A DNA stretch of 52,109 nucleotides, taken from Escherichia coli. Its GTDB lineage: Bacteria > Pseudomonadota > Gammaproteobacteria > Enterobacterales > Enterobacteriaceae. The stretch lies in assembly GCF_003334815.1 (NCBI RefSeq), contig NZ_QOWO01000029.1; one strand, given 5' to 3'. Below the pieces are notes generated by a model. The model had not been told where the DNA came from. It made no database searches and saw only the letters and a program-made list of their open reading frames with translations. The position numbers and the translations under genes were made by a program. Of this stretch, positions 30,480 through 42,961 are shown in pieces (position 1 is the stretch's first letter; every line of letters starts with the position of its first letter).

Positions 30480-32045
30480 ATGCTCGACACAAATATGAAA
30501 ACTCAACTCAAGGCTTACCTTGAGAAATTGACCAAGCCTGTTGAGTTAATTGCCACGCTGGATGACAGCGCTAAATCGGCAGAAATCAAGGAACTGTTGG
30601 CTGAAATCGCAGAACTGTCAGACAAAGTCACCTTTAAAGAAGATAACAGCTTGCCGGTGCGTAAGCCGTCTTTCCTGATCACCAACCCAGGTTCCAACCA
30701 GGGGCCACGTTTTGCAGGCTCCCCGCTGGGCCACGAGTTCACCTCGCTGGTACTGGCGTTGCTGTGGACCGGTGGTCATCCGTCGAAAGAAGCGCAGTCT
30801 CTGCTGGAGCAGATTCGCCATATTGACGGTGATTTTGAATTCGAAACCTATTACTCGCTCTCTTGCCACAACTGCCCGGACGTGGTGCAGGCGCTGAACC
30901 TGATGAGCGTACTGAACCCGCGCATCAAGCACACTGCAATTGACGGCGGCACCTTCCAGAACGAAATCACCGATCGCAACGTGATGGGCGTTCCGGCAGT
31001 GTTCGTAAACGGGAAAGAGTTTGGTCAGGGCCGCATGACGTTGACTGAAATCGTTGCCAAAATTGATACTGGCGCGGAAAAACGTGCGGCAGAAGAGCTG
31101 AACAAGCGTGATGCTTATGACGTATTAATCGTCGGTTCCGGCCCGGCGGGTGCAGCGGCAGCAATTTACTCCGCACGTAAAGGCATCCGTACCGGTCTGA
31201 TGGGCGAACGTTTTGGTGGTCAGATCCTCGATACCGTTGATATCGAAAACTACATTTCTGTACCGAAGACTGAAGGGCAGAAGCTGGCAGGCGCACTGAA
31301 AGTTCACGTTGATGAATACGACGTTGATGTGATCGACAGCCAGAGCGCCAGCAAACTGATCCCAGCAGCAGTTGAAGGTGGTCTGCATCAGATTGAAACA
31401 GCTTCTGGCGCGGTACTGAAAGCACGCAGCATTATCGTGGCGACCGGTGCAAAATGGCGCAACATGAACGTTCCGGGCGAAGATCAGTATCGCACCAAAG
31501 GCGTGACCTACTGCCCGCACTGCGACGGCCCGCTGTTTAAAGGTAAACGCGTAGCGGTTATCGGCGGCGGTAACTCCGGCGTGGAAGCGGCAATTGACCT
31601 GGCGGGTATCGTTGAGCACGTAACGCTGCTGGAATTTGCGCCAGAAATGAAAGCCGACCAGGTTCTGCAGGACAAACTGCGCAGCCTGAAAAACGTCGAC
31701 ATTATTCTGAATGCGCAAACCACGGAAGTGAAAGGCGACGGCAGCAAAGTCGTTGGTCTGGAATATCGAGATCGTGTCAGCGGCGATATTCACAACATCG
31801 AACTGGCCGGTATTTTCGTCCAGATTGGTCTGCTGCCGAACACCAACTGGCTCGAAGGCGCAGTCGAACGTAACCGCATGGGCGAGATTATCATTGATGC
31901 GAAATGCGAAACCAACGTGAAAGGCGTGTTCGCAGCGGGTGACTGTACGACGGTTCCGTACAAGCAGATCATCATCGCCACTGGCGAAGGTGCCAAAGCC
32001 TCTCTGAGTGCTTTTGACTACCTGATTCGCACCAAAACTGCATAA
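30480..32045 (+). CDS. ahpF: Alkyl hydroperoxide reductase F, flavoprotein disulfide reductase (521 aa)
   Basis: N-terminal CHNCPD and redox-active CPHCDGP, with two GxGxxG dinucleotide sites. Start placed at [13 protein letters not shown]. Confidence 0.95.
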
Positions 32046-32075
32046 GAAGAAGTAAGATTCACCTGCAATTGCTTA

Positions 32076-32107
32076 GCCGCCGGGGTCAAACCTGGCGGCT
32101 TTTTTAT
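32076..32107 (+). terminator. Putative rho-independent terminator after ahpF
   Basis: agccgccgggg..cctggcggc stem followed by tttttt. Confidence 0.6.
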
Positions 32108-32165
32108 GGCATTAAAAAGCCCCGCCGGGATGGCTCCGGGCAGGGCGGGATACTTATTCTGGCAA

Positions 32166-32594
32166 TTAACGCACAACCAGCACCGGCAGATTGGCGTGGC
32201 GGATCACGCTCGAGGCGTTAGAACCTAACAGATGGGTCGAAATCGATGGGTTGCGAGAACCAATAACTACAACATCAGCCCCCAGTTCTTCTGCCAACTC
32301 ATTGACTTCATCCCGCACGCTACCAAAACGGACATGTTGTTTAATGCGGGAAGGATCGATGGTGAAGTGGCTGACCATCGTTTGCAGACGTTCTTGTGCT
32401 TCATGTTGCAGATGCTCTTCAAAACGACGCATATCAGCGGCAAAACGGTGCAGGCTCAGGCTGGCTGACCCGGGTAGTACGTGAAGTAGATGAATAACTC
32501 CGTCATCCTGGGCGAGGAATTCAGCGTGGCGAACAGCTTTGTCGCTCAATTCCATTTCAAATACATCAACTGGCATAATGATTGTCTTATACAT
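32166..32594 (-). CDS. uspG: Universal stress protein G (142 aa)
   Basis: UspA-family ORF; a GC-rich hairpin plus A/T run at about 32108-32150 fits a terminator on the minus strand. Confidence 0.9.
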   Translation of the reverse strand: MYKTIIMPVDVFEMELSDKAVRHAEFLAQDDGVIHLLHVLPGSASLSLHRFAADMRRFEEHLQHEAQERLQTMVSHFTIDPSRIKQHVRFGSVRDEVNELAEELGADVVVIGSRNPSISTHLLGSNASSVIRHANLPVLVVR

Positions 32595-32814
32595 AACCCT
32601 TTCTCCCTGTTAATCATGAACAAATCATTCGCCATGATTATAATATTTATCCCTGATATTTGTCTGGTTCTTTTTCCTTACGAACTGTTTCTGTGATGAA
32701 TATATTCTCACTGAACACCAGGAATTCTCCCAAAACCTGTGGTACCGCCCGTTTTCCCGCTGTGATAGCTACCCTTAAAGACTGACTCTTTTTTGAACTG
32801 TCTCTGGAGGTTGC

Positions 32815-34053
32815 ATGAAAGCATTGACTTATCACGGCCCACATCACGTTCAGGTAGAAAATGTTCCCGATCCGGGCGTTGAACAGGCAGATGATATTAT
32901 TCTGCGTATTACGGCAACGGCGATCTGTGGCTCTGACCTCCATCTTTATCGAGGCAAAATACCTCAGGTTAAACATGGCGATATTTTTGGTCATGAATTT
33001 ATGGGGGAAGTAGTTGAAACCGGAAAGGACGTAAAAAATTTGCAAAAAGGCGACCGAGTGGTAATTCCGTTCGTCATTGCTTGTGGCGACTGTTTTTTCT
33101 GTCGATTGCAACAATATGCCGCCTGCGAAAATACCAATGCGGGTAAAGGCGCTGCGCTCAATAAAAAACAGATACCAGCTCCAGCGGCATTGTTTGGTTA
33201 TAGTCACCTGTATGGCGGCGTTCCTGGTGGGCAGGCGGAATATGTCCGCGTCCCTAAAGGGAATGTGGGGCCGTTTAAAGTACCGCCTTTGCTTTCAGAT
33301 GATAAAGCGCTTTTCCTTTCTGATATTCTGCCAACGGCATGGCAGGCAGCAAAAAATGCGCAGATCCAACAAGGTTCAAGCGTTGCAGTCTATGGTGCTG
33401 GTCCTGTGGGATTGTTGACAATCGCCTGTGCACGGTTGCTCGGTGCGGAACAGATTTTTGTTGTTGATCATCATCCCTACCGCTTGCATTTCGCCGCCGA
33501 CCGCTACGGCGCGATCCCGATTAATTTTGATGAAGACAGCGATCCGGCACAGTCAATTATTGAACAAACGGCAGGTCACCGGGGCGTGGATGCAGTAATA
33601 GACGCCGTCGGTTTTGAAGCGAAAGGCAGCACCACGGAAACGGTGCTGACTAACCTGAAACTGGAGGGCAGCAGCGGTAAAGCGTTGCGTCAGTGTATTG
33701 CGGCGGTCAGGCGTGGCGGCATTGTTAGCGTACCGGGCGTCTACGCTGGATTTATTCACGGTTTCCTGTTTGGCGACGCCTTTGATAAAGGGTTGTCGTT
33801 TAAAATGGGACAGACCCACGTTCACGCATGGCTGGGAGAATTATTACCGTTAATTGAGAAAGGATTACTGAAACCAGAAGAAATTGTTACCCACTATATG
33901 CCGTTTGAAGAGGCCGCCCGGGGATATGAGATTTTCGAAAAACGTGAAGAGGAGTGCCGTAAGGTGATTCTGGTACCCGGTGCACAAAGCGCAGAGGCGG
34001 CGCAGAAGGCGGTTTCAGGTCTGGTGAATGCGATGCCGGGGGGAACAATATGA
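32815..34053 (+). CDS. ybdR: Zn-dependent medium-chain alcohol dehydrogenase-like oxidoreductase (412 aa)
   Basis: GHEFMGEV zinc-ligand motif, Cys cluster CGDCFFC and NAD site GAGPVGL. Confidence 0.9.
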
Positions 34054-34056
34054 TCG

Positions 34057-34146
34057 TCAGGAGTGGTTTTCGAGGTAAAGGACAGCCATGACGATAATCG
34101 CCGCCATAATCAGAAATCCTATCAGGATGTAAAATGCTTCTGCCAT
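34057..34146 (-). CDS. Candidate 29-aa single-pass membrane peptide (hypothetical)
   Basis: ATG at 34146, MAEAFYILIGFLIMAAIIVMAVLYLENHS, one hydrophobic helix, weak SD-like gggaat upstream. Unsupported by homology here. Confidence 0.25.
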   Translation of the reverse strand: MAEAFYILIGFLIMAAIIVMAVLYLENHS

Positions 34147-34283
34147 GGTTATTCCCACAAACGAAACGGAATAATTTTGCAGCAAAAGTGAACAGTGAGA
34201 ACCAGGAAAAATTGCTGATTTTGCGTAAAGAGGATGCGAGTGCATCCTCTGGGCAAAGCGAGTTATCGCTTGTGCAGATGGGA

Positions 34284-34694
34284 TTAAAGCAGGTAGTCGC
34301 CAGCAGCTTCTGGCTGGTATTCGAGTTCCAGCACTTCAAGGTGGGTTGCAACGCCGCCCGGAAGTTCCCAGTGAATGGAATCGCCAACGCGCAGCCCCAG
34401 CAGTGCGGCACCTACCGGAGCCATAACGGAAAGCTGAGTATTGCTATCGGTCATTTTTGCCGGATACACCAGCGTGCGCACACGCACTTCGCCATCGCTA
34501 AGATTGCGGAATTTAACCCGGCTGTTCATTGTCACCACGTCGTGTGGCATCTCTTCTGGCGAACACATTTGGGCGCGATCCAACTCTGCGTTTAACGCGT
34601 CGGCGATTGGCAAACCAGCATAGGCGGGTTGCTCCAGCAGAATATCGATGCGTTCGGCATCCAGGTCGTTAATGATGATAGTTGGTCTGGACAT
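34284..34694 (-). CDS. rnk: Regulator of nucleoside diphosphate kinase, GreA/GreB C-terminal-domain-like (136 aa)
   Basis: 136-aa ORF of the expected length and position. Confidence 0.88.
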
Positions 34695-34923
34695 TTTTAC
34701 TCCATGTCGTCGGTGCTGCGAGTGTCGCAGATAAACATACCCAAAAGAAAACCCTCACCGTCAGGCGGCGAGGGTTTAACTCACATGATGATACTGACTG
34801 TTGCTCACTCTTTGAAGTGATTTGCGTCACATTCAGGGAATTCCTCAATGCAGCGCATTATGTATAAATCTTAATCGCCTTGGTTTATGGAAGACGAATT
34901 AGCGTGTTTTGTAAATCAGATGA

Positions 34924-35730
34924 TTAATAACCCGCTTTATCAATCACAAAGGTTTTGCCACAGTTACCTGGGTGAGGTTGTGGCAAGAATGAGTTTGCAG
35001 AAAGCGGAGCGTTGATGGCGTCAGCTTTGATCGAGATCTGAATTTCAGTCAAATACGCAGGGTTACCCTGGCACGTTAGCTTAACTGCTTTCACGTTCTC
35101 TTTTCCCCAGCTTTTGGCAAAGGCGGCGTCAAAGTCACGGCGGCTCACTGTTTTACCGTAATTATCCGCAAGGAATTTTCCGGCTTCGCTCTCTTTAATT
35201 TCTTGATTCAGGCGTACCATCGTACCGAAGTATGCGTCCGGATCAAAACCAAAGCAGGCACCGTGTTTGGCATATTCGTAGCGTTCCAGGCAGGAACGTC
35301 CGCCAGCTCCTGGCATGACTTCACTTAGTTTAGCGGCCGTTTCCAGTGATAATCCGGTTTCCGGCGATGAACACATTCGGCTGGCGCGCGCTTCTGGTAG
35401 ATTCGGGATTGGGCGAGTAGCGCAACCGAAGCGCATCCAGCGGCGTTCATCAACACCACGGGCAGCAACCGATTTAGGCAATCCTGGCCACAGACCATGT
35501 ACGGTCAGAAAATCAGCTTTGTTGGTCGTTTCGGTTTGCAGGCGACATTCATCTCGTTCGTTACGATTTCGATCGTGTTGACTCTGGCAAAATCCGGTTT
35601 GCCAGGAGAGGGCCAGGACATAGCGATCAAAATCGCCATACTGTTTTGCCTGCAACGCTAAGGCGTTGGCAGAAGAGAAGGGAAGCAGAGAAACCGCGAG
35701 CAACGCGGCGTTACGCCAGAATGCTTTCAT
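34924..35730 (-). CDS. rna: Periplasmic RNase I, RNase T2 family (268 aa)
   Basis: Signal peptide plus T2 active-site motifs TVHGLWP and AKHGACF. Start placed at MKAFWRNAALL. Confidence 0.9.
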   Translation of the reverse strand: MKAFWRNAALLAVSLLPFSSANALALQAKQYGDFDRYVLALSWQTGFCQSQHDRNRNERDECRLQTETTNKADFLTVHGLWPGLPKSVAARGVDERRWMRFGCATRPIPNLPEARASRMCSSPETGLSLETAAKLSEVMPGAGGRSCLERYEYAKHGACFGFDPDAYFGTMVRLNQEIKESEAGKFLADNYGKTVSRRDFDAAFAKSWGKENVKAVKLTCQGNPAYLTEIQISIKADAINAPLSANSFLPQPHPGNCGKTFVIDKAGY

Positions 35731-35777
35731 AATGGGTGTGGAACTCATACATACACTGAATACTATCTATTAAATCA

Positions 35778-35813
35778 TAAAAAAGCCCGCCAGGTGGGCT
35801 TACCTGGCGGGCG
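35778..35813 (-). terminator. Rho-independent terminator at the 3' end of the cit operon (after citT)
   Basis: Stem gcccgccaggt / acctggcgggc with a U-run on the minus strand. Confidence 0.65.
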
Positions 35814-35843
35814 TGATGATTTATTCAGCGTTTGGCGAACGTA

Positions 35844-37307
35844 TTAGTTCCACATGGCGAGAATCGGCCAGCCAACCAACAGCAACATAGAGATGTAAAT
35901 CACCCCGAAGATTGCGCCAAGACGCCAGTAATCTTTTGATTTCACATAGCCACAGCCGTAAATAATCACCCCAGGACCGGTTGCATACGGCGTCAGACAG
36001 CCCATGATACCGATAGACAGCACCAGCAGGATACACAGTTGTTCCATTGGTACGCCCGGAATACCTTTACCGACGGCCAGAATAACCGGCAGCATGGTTG
36101 CGGTGTGCGCAGACAGGCTGGCAAACAGGTAGTGTGCAAAGTAGAACACCAGAACCAGTACAATCACCGTTGCGTTTGGTGAGAATCCTTCCAGGTGCGT
36201 ACTCATGGTACCGGCGAACCAGTCAATAAAACCAGAACGAGTCAGGCCGTTAGCCATCACAACCAGAGTTGCCAGGTTGACCAGTGTGTTCCATGCGCTG
36301 TTATAGCGGGTAATGTCTTTCCAAGGCACAACGTGCAGGGCCAGCATTAGCGAAACTGCCAGCAGACCAACCGCAGTAGCATTAATGACTTCACTGCCAA
36401 ATACCCACAAACCTAAGCTGAGCAATACAAGGCCAATCAGTGTCCACTCTCTGCGTGTCAGCGCACTCATGGTTTTCAGTTCATCACCCGCCCAGGTTGC
36501 CACTTCTTCACTGTGTGTGATTTCCGGTTTGTACAGCACGTAGGAAAGCCACGGCGCAATGATAAGCAAGATAACCCCAACCGGCAGGAAGCAGAGGAAC
36601 CACTGCAACCAGCTAATCTGGATACCGGCAATTTTGCTGACGAACTCCAGACCCAGCACGTTTGGTGCCGCACCGGTGACAAACATGGACGAACTCAGAC
36701 TGGTACTAATGACCATCATCCACATCAAATAGCCGCCAATACGACGCGCGGACGGATCGTTCGGGAATGATTTAAACAACGGCGGCAGGTTTTTAATGAC
36801 CGGAAAAACCGTACCCCCGGTACGCGCGGTGTTGGAAGGTGTAAACGGTGCCAGCAGAATGTCGATAATGACAATCGCATAACCCAACGTCAGCGTGCGT
36901 TTGCCCATGAATTTCACCAGGAAAAGGGCAATGCGACGACCTAACCCGGAAACTTCATACCCTAATGCAAAAATAAATGCGCCAAATACCAGCCATACCG
37001 TGGTGCTGGAAAAACCAGCCAGGCCCCATTTCAGCGCCTGTTTTTGCGCATTAAACGCTGGGTCAGCTAATTCTTTGGCATCAAAGAGCAGGTAATTACT
37101 GCCAATAACGCAAATAGTAACCGCAATAAAACTGATCGCTGTTGCCGGAATTGGCTCGAGGATCATGCCGACAATCATTGCCACAAACACAGCGAAGTAA
37201 TGCCATGCCTGCGGCGGCATACCGTCGGGGACAGGGATAAGAAACATGACACCCATCACCACCAGTGGGGCCAATAGTTTCCATATATTATCTTTTGCTA
37301 AAGACAT
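35844..37307 (-). CDS. citT: Citrate:succinate antiporter, DASS family (487 aa)
   Basis: Polytopic membrane ORF at the distal end of the citrate lyase operon. Confidence 0.9.
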   Translation of the reverse strand: MSLAKDNIWKLLAPLVVMGVMFLIPVPDGMPPQAWHYFAVFVAMIVGMILEPIPATAISFIAVTICVIGSNYLLFDAKELADPAFNAQKQALKWGLAGFSSTTVWLVFGAFIFALGYEVSGLGRRIALFLVKFMGKRTLTLGYAIVIIDILLAPFTPSNTARTGGTVFPVIKNLPPLFKSFPNDPSARRIGGYLMWMMVISTSLSSSMFVTGAAPNVLGLEFVSKIAGIQISWLQWFLCFLPVGVILLIIAPWLSYVLYKPEITHSEEVATWAGDELKTMSALTRREWTLIGLVLLSLGLWVFGSEVINATAVGLLAVSLMLALHVVPWKDITRYNSAWNTLVNLATLVVMANGLTRSGFIDWFAGTMSTHLEGFSPNATVIVLVLVFYFAHYLFASLSAHTATMLPVILAVGKGIPGVPMEQLCILLVLSIGIMGCLTPYATGPGVIIYGCGYVKSKDYWRLGAIFGVIYISMLLLVGWPILAMWN

Positions 37308-37357
37308 ACGGGTTCTCCGAAAATTAATATTTCCAAATTTATCAAGTGCTTAAATAA

Positions 37358-38762
<1,405 letters not shown>

Positions 38763-38765
38763 GGC

Positions 38766-40298
38766 TTATTCCTTCACCTGATGCACAACATCGATCACCG
38801 AGCCATCGCGGTAACGCACAACGGCAACGACGCGGTCTGTGAATTCAATCGGCTGTGGTTCACCGGTCAGCAGACGCGCACGTTCGCGCAGCCACTCAAT
38901 GGAAACCACTTTAATGCCCGCTTCCTGCAGACGTTCTGCCAGTTCCGGACGTGCCGGGTTAACTGCGATACCGTGGTCTGTGACCAGAATATCGACACTG
39001 GAGCCTGGGGTGATGCAGGTCAGTACGTTATCCACCAGAGTCGGAATACGACCGCGTACCAGCGGCGCGACGATGATGGAAAGCGCAGAGGCAATCGCGG
39101 TATCGCAGTGACCACCGGAAGCACCACGCAGTACGCCGTCAGAGCCGGTCAGCACGTTAACGTTGAACTGGGTGTCAATTTCCAGCGCGCTCAGTACCAC
39201 CACGTCGAGACGATCAACCGATGCGCCTTTCGAACCCCAGTTAGCGTACTGGTTGGCGCTGATTTCGATGTGATTGGGGTTACGGGCCAGCGATTGCGCA
39301 GCATGGCTGTCAAAGCTCTGCACATCCAGCAGTTTGCGGATCAGACCTTTTTCGTGCAGGTCAACCATCGTCGCGGTAATACCGCCAAGGGCGAAGTCGG
39401 CGCGAATATCGCGGCTACGCATTTTGTCTTCCAGGAAACGGGTTACCGCCAGCGATGCGCCGCCGGTGCCGGTTTGCATGGAGAAACCTTCTTTGAAGTA
39501 GCCAGAGTTGACAATCACATCCGCAGCGCTACGGGCAATAAGCAGTTCGCGCGGGTTAGTGGTCATACGGGTCGCGCCAGCGCCGATTTTTGCAGCATCG
39601 CCAACGCGGTCAACTTTGACGATCAAATCAACCTGATCTTGCTCAATGCTTGCCGGATTATGCGGATAAGGCAGCAGTTCTTCGGTAAGCATCACGACCT
39701 GTTTTGCGTTGTCGGCATCAACCATTGCATAGCCGAGGGAGCCGCAGCAGGCTTTACCGGTGTAGCCGTTGGCATTACCGAATTCATCACAGGACGGGAC
39801 GCCGAGGAAAGCCACGTCGATATTCAGTTCGCCGCTCTGTACCAGATGCACACGACCGCCGTGAGAGTGGATCTGCACCGGTTCTGCCAGCAGACCACGG
39901 GAGATCTCTTCCGCCAGTGGACCACGCAGGCCGGAGGTATAAATGCGGGTAACCACGCCCTGGCGAATGTGTTCTACCAGCGGCGCATGGCAATCACTCA
40001 GGGAGCTGGACGCCAGGGTCAGGTTTTTAAAGCCCATCTTCGCGATGACGTCCATCACCATATTGACGGTCAGGTCACCGCCACGGAAAGCGTGATGGAA
40101 GGAAACCGTCATGCCGTCCTGTAAACCAGAGCGACGAATCGCTTCTTCCAGGTTGGCGCACAGTTTGCGATCGCGCGCTTTTTCAGCCTGGTAGGTTTGC
40201 TTTGGCGAGTTCTGGAAAGCGGCAAGATCGCATTCAGCGCGACGATTCCAGGCCGCTACCCGTTCTTGTCGTTGAGATTGTTCAATTTTCTGCGTCAT
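38766..40298 (-). CDS. citF: Citrate lyase alpha subunit, citrate CoA-transferase (510 aa)
   Basis: Start placed at MTQKIEQSQRQERVAAW, an internal ATG of the 524-aa track ORF. Confidence 0.9.
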   Translation of the reverse strand: MTQKIEQSQRQERVAAWNRRAECDLAAFQNSPKQTYQAEKARDRKLCANLEEAIRRSGLQDGMTVSFHHAFRGGDLTVNMVMDVIAKMGFKNLTLASSSLSDCHAPLVEHIRQGVVTRIYTSGLRGPLAEEISRGLLAEPVQIHSHGGRVHLVQSGELNIDVAFLGVPSCDEFGNANGYTGKACCGSLGYAMVDADNAKQVVMLTEELLPYPHNPASIEQDQVDLIVKVDRVGDAAKIGAGATRMTTNPRELLIARSAADVIVNSGYFKEGFSMQTGTGGASLAVTRFLEDKMRSRDIRADFALGGITATMVDLHEKGLIRKLLDVQSFDSHAAQSLARNPNHIEISANQYANWGSKGASVDRLDVVVLSALEIDTQFNVNVLTGSDGVLRGASGGHCDTAIASALSIIVAPLVRGRIPTLVDNVLTCITPGSSVDILVTDHGIAVNPARPELAERLQEAGIKVVSIEWLRERARLLTGEPQPIEFTDRVVAVVRYRDGSVIDVVHQVKE

Positions 40299-40308
40299 TT
40301 TGATTGCC

Positions 40309-41217
40309 TTATTCTTCGCGGATGCCGGAAAGTTCTGCACGGGAGAGCACCAGACGGGCGCGATCGATAACCGGACCGTCCACCATCTTGCCGTTCAGGG
40401 AAACCACGCCGAGGCCTTCGCGAGCGGCGGCTTCAGCGGCTTCTACGACGCGGCGGGCGTGATCCACTTCTTTCTGGGTCGGTGCGTAGAGGTTGTGCAG
40501 CAGATCAATCTGACGCGGGTTGATCAGCGATTTGCCGTCAAAGCCCAGCTGTTTGATGTGGGCGGCTTCTTGCAGAAATCCGGCTTCGTTGTTAGCGTCG
40601 GAATAGACGGTATCGAACGCCTGAATACCCGCAGAGCGCGCGGCCTGCAAAATGGAACAGCGTGCGAACAGCAGTTCAGTTCCTTCCGGGGAGCGTTCTG
40701 TACGCAGGTTGCGCACATAGTCTTCTGCACCGAGGGCGATACCGATCAAACGCTCGGAAGCGTGAGCGATTTCCACTGCGCGGGTAATCCCCAGCGGAGA
40801 TTCAATCGCCGCCAGCAGGCCGGTGCTGCCGGGTTCACGACCACAGGCTTTTTCGATACGCAGGATCTCTTTTTCAATATCCAGAACATCCTGAGCGGTA
40901 TCGGTTTTCGGCAGACGCACAACGTCCGCACCACCGCGAACGACGGCTTCCAGGTCGTTAACACCCCATTCGGAATCCAGCGCGTTGACACGCACAATGG
41001 TTTCAATATCGCGATACAGCGGATGTTGCAGCGCGTGGTAAACCATGCGGCGGGCGGTGTCTTTTTCACGCAATGCTACGGAGTCTTCGAGGTCAAACAT
41101 CAGGGCATCAGCCGGGTAGATGAAGGAGTTGCTGACCATCGCGGCATTGGCACCAGGCACAAACAACATGCTGCGGCGGGTGCGAGTTTTACGTTGTTGC
41201 AGCGAAGCGGAAATCAT
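40309..41217 (-). CDS. citE: Citrate lyase beta subunit, citryl-CoA lyase (302 aa)
   Basis: HpcH/CitE-family ORF. Start at [11 protein letters not shown], overlapping citD by 4 nt. Confidence 0.9.
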
Positions 41218-41510
41218 TGGCAATCCTCCCATGGCAGAGCCGGGATACCGCTGGCGCGTGCCAGCAGGGCTTCCAGTCGTGCACGTAAAATGCAGTCCAG
41301 TGCGCCTTTGTCATCGACATTCAGCTGTACGCCGCGCACGTTGTAGCGGGCGAGAACGTCCAGAATGGTGGTGCGAATTGCATCGCCAAACTGTTTCTCA
41401 ACGCTGCTATTGATTTGCAGGTCGATATCCTGCGTATCGAGTGGGGCGATGCGTATCATCACATCCCCAGACTCAAGGGTGCCTGCAACGGCGGGCTGGT
41501 TTATTTTCAT
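41214..41510 (-). CDS. citD: Citrate lyase gamma subunit, acyl carrier protein (98 aa)
   Basis: Prosthetic-group serine context [10 protein letters not shown]. Confidence 0.9.
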
Positions 41511-41524
41511 TTTTCACCTGTTTC

Positions 41525-42583
41525 TCATGCGGGGGTCTTTTGACGAGCTGCCGCGTCCTGGCGGGAGTGCTCAAGCAGGTTCTGCAAATAATGCAGCGTG
41601 ACTGCAGGGACCAGCGGCGCGATAGCCGTGAGATCGTTTTTCGCCAGCAGTTGACGTACCCGGGAAGCGGATATCGGCATCTCCTGGTAACGCAGCCGCT
41701 CAATTTCAACCAGTTCGATGGGCGGTGCGGAGATAGTCGGCGTTTCCAGCCAGTAGCGCATATCCTGGTTGTACTGGGCGGTAACGCGACAAAAGGGTTC
41801 AGTACCGACAAAGCGGTGAGTTACACCCAGCGCGGGAGCGAGGTACTGACGGAAAATCTTCAGATCAATTTCGGTGTAACAATGGTTAATGACGCTCTGT
41901 TCTTTAATGAAGTAGCAAGGGAACGTAGCGCGGGAGATGATGTATTCGGAGCCACGATGCACAGTCAGGCGTGGAATATCGGCGGTGCCTTTTAACACCA
42001 AATCCAGCCGGTCTTCATAGGGGAAGCGTGAAGAATCTTCTTTGACTAAAAACAGATGCAACCAGTCGCACTGTGCCGCAGCCTGTTGAATCAGATAACG
42101 GTGACCATTCGTAAAGGGATTGGCGTTCATCACAATGCAGCCAATCTTGTTCCCTGGATGACGAAATTTTTTCAGCGATTCGGCATAGCGTTTCAGTCGC
42201 GTGGCGCTGTTTTCCATCAGCACCATCACGCCGGGTACGCTGGTCAGCGTGGAAAAACCGCACTGGTGGAACAGCGCCTCGTATTCGGTTTTGGTATAAA
42301 TAAACAGATGCGTGCTGTGCCGCTCATAGGCGAGGTTTATCAATTCAGTGGCTAATGTCAGCGCCAGTCCTTCACCGCGGACGGATTCACTGATAGCAAC
42401 GCATTTAATAATATTTCCGGCAATTCCACCGCACGCGATAAGCTTTTCATCGCGGGTTACGGTAATAAATACTTCGACTGTGGTGTCAACGCTCAAATCA
42501 TTTTCATGCAGGAATTGGGCGATTTCCGCCATTTTTTTATTTTCTGAACGTTTTACGCGGGTGAAAATATCATTGCCGAACAT
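41525..42583 (-). CDS. citC: [Citrate (pro-3S)-lyase] ligase (352 aa)
   Basis: Start placed at MFGNDIFTRVKR, an internal ATG of the 381-aa track ORF. Confidence 0.88.
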   Translation of the reverse strand: MFGNDIFTRVKRSENKKMAEIAQFLHENDLSVDTTVEVFITVTRDEKLIACGGIAGNIIKCVAISESVRGEGLALTLATELINLAYERHSTHLFIYTKTEYEALFHQCGFSTLTSVPGVMVLMENSATRLKRYAESLKKFRHPGNKIGCIVMNANPFTNGHRYLIQQAAAQCDWLHLFLVKEDSSRFPYEDRLDLVLKGTADIPRLTVHRGSEYIISRATFPCYFIKEQSVINHCYTEIDLKIFRQYLAPALGVTHRFVGTEPFCRVTAQYNQDMRYWLETPTISAPPIELVEIERLRYQEMPISASRVRQLLAKNDLTAIAPLVPAVTLHYLQNLLEHSRQDAAARQKTPA

Positions 42584-42961
42584 AATAAATAGTATCCTGA
42601 AGGTGCATGTTGTTATCGATTTGCAACGAATGTTGTTCAATGTTGCAAACTGATAACCTTTTATTTTCACTTGGGAGAAAGGGGGTGATCGAGGTATATC
42701 TTTTTCTCCTTTCGCTATACATCCTAAGGAGTATTTCGGCGTGAAATTTTGATTTATTTCACATAGAGTTAGTGGTTTTTTATTTATTTAATGATTTTAA
42801 GTTTTTTAATTAATGTAATTACGAAATGACTCGCAGGTTTAAGTGATTTAATTGATTTAATGAATAAAATTTGCCACGATCATAATTAATATCTATGTAT
42901 TTTGATTCAACATTTTAATTACATCCGTCAAAGAGGCTCGGGACAACCCGCAAGGAAAACA
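42584..42961. promoter_or_regulatory. Divergent citC/citA control region with AT-rich direct repeats
   Basis: Very AT-rich, with repeated gatttaattgatttaatg and tgatttatttcaca motifs between divergent operons. Regulatory role is inferred from position. Confidence 0.4.

Noticed and set aside
30324-30506. 60-aa ORF in the ahpC-ahpF spacer
   Set aside because: It overlaps the ERIC repeat and the ahpF start; repeat translation.
31125-31793. 222-aa and neighbouring ORFs antisense to ahpF
   Set aside because: Contained within ahpF on the opposite strand; no independent support.
32647-33207. 186-aa ORF on the minus strand spanning the uspG-ybdR spacer and the ybdR 5' end
   Set aside because: It overlaps the well-supported ybdR start region on the other strand and has no motifs or start context.
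40300-41346. 348-aa ORF on the plus strand, antisense to citE/citD
   Set aside because: Same reasoning: antisense shadow ORF over confidently assigned genes, with no domain signature.
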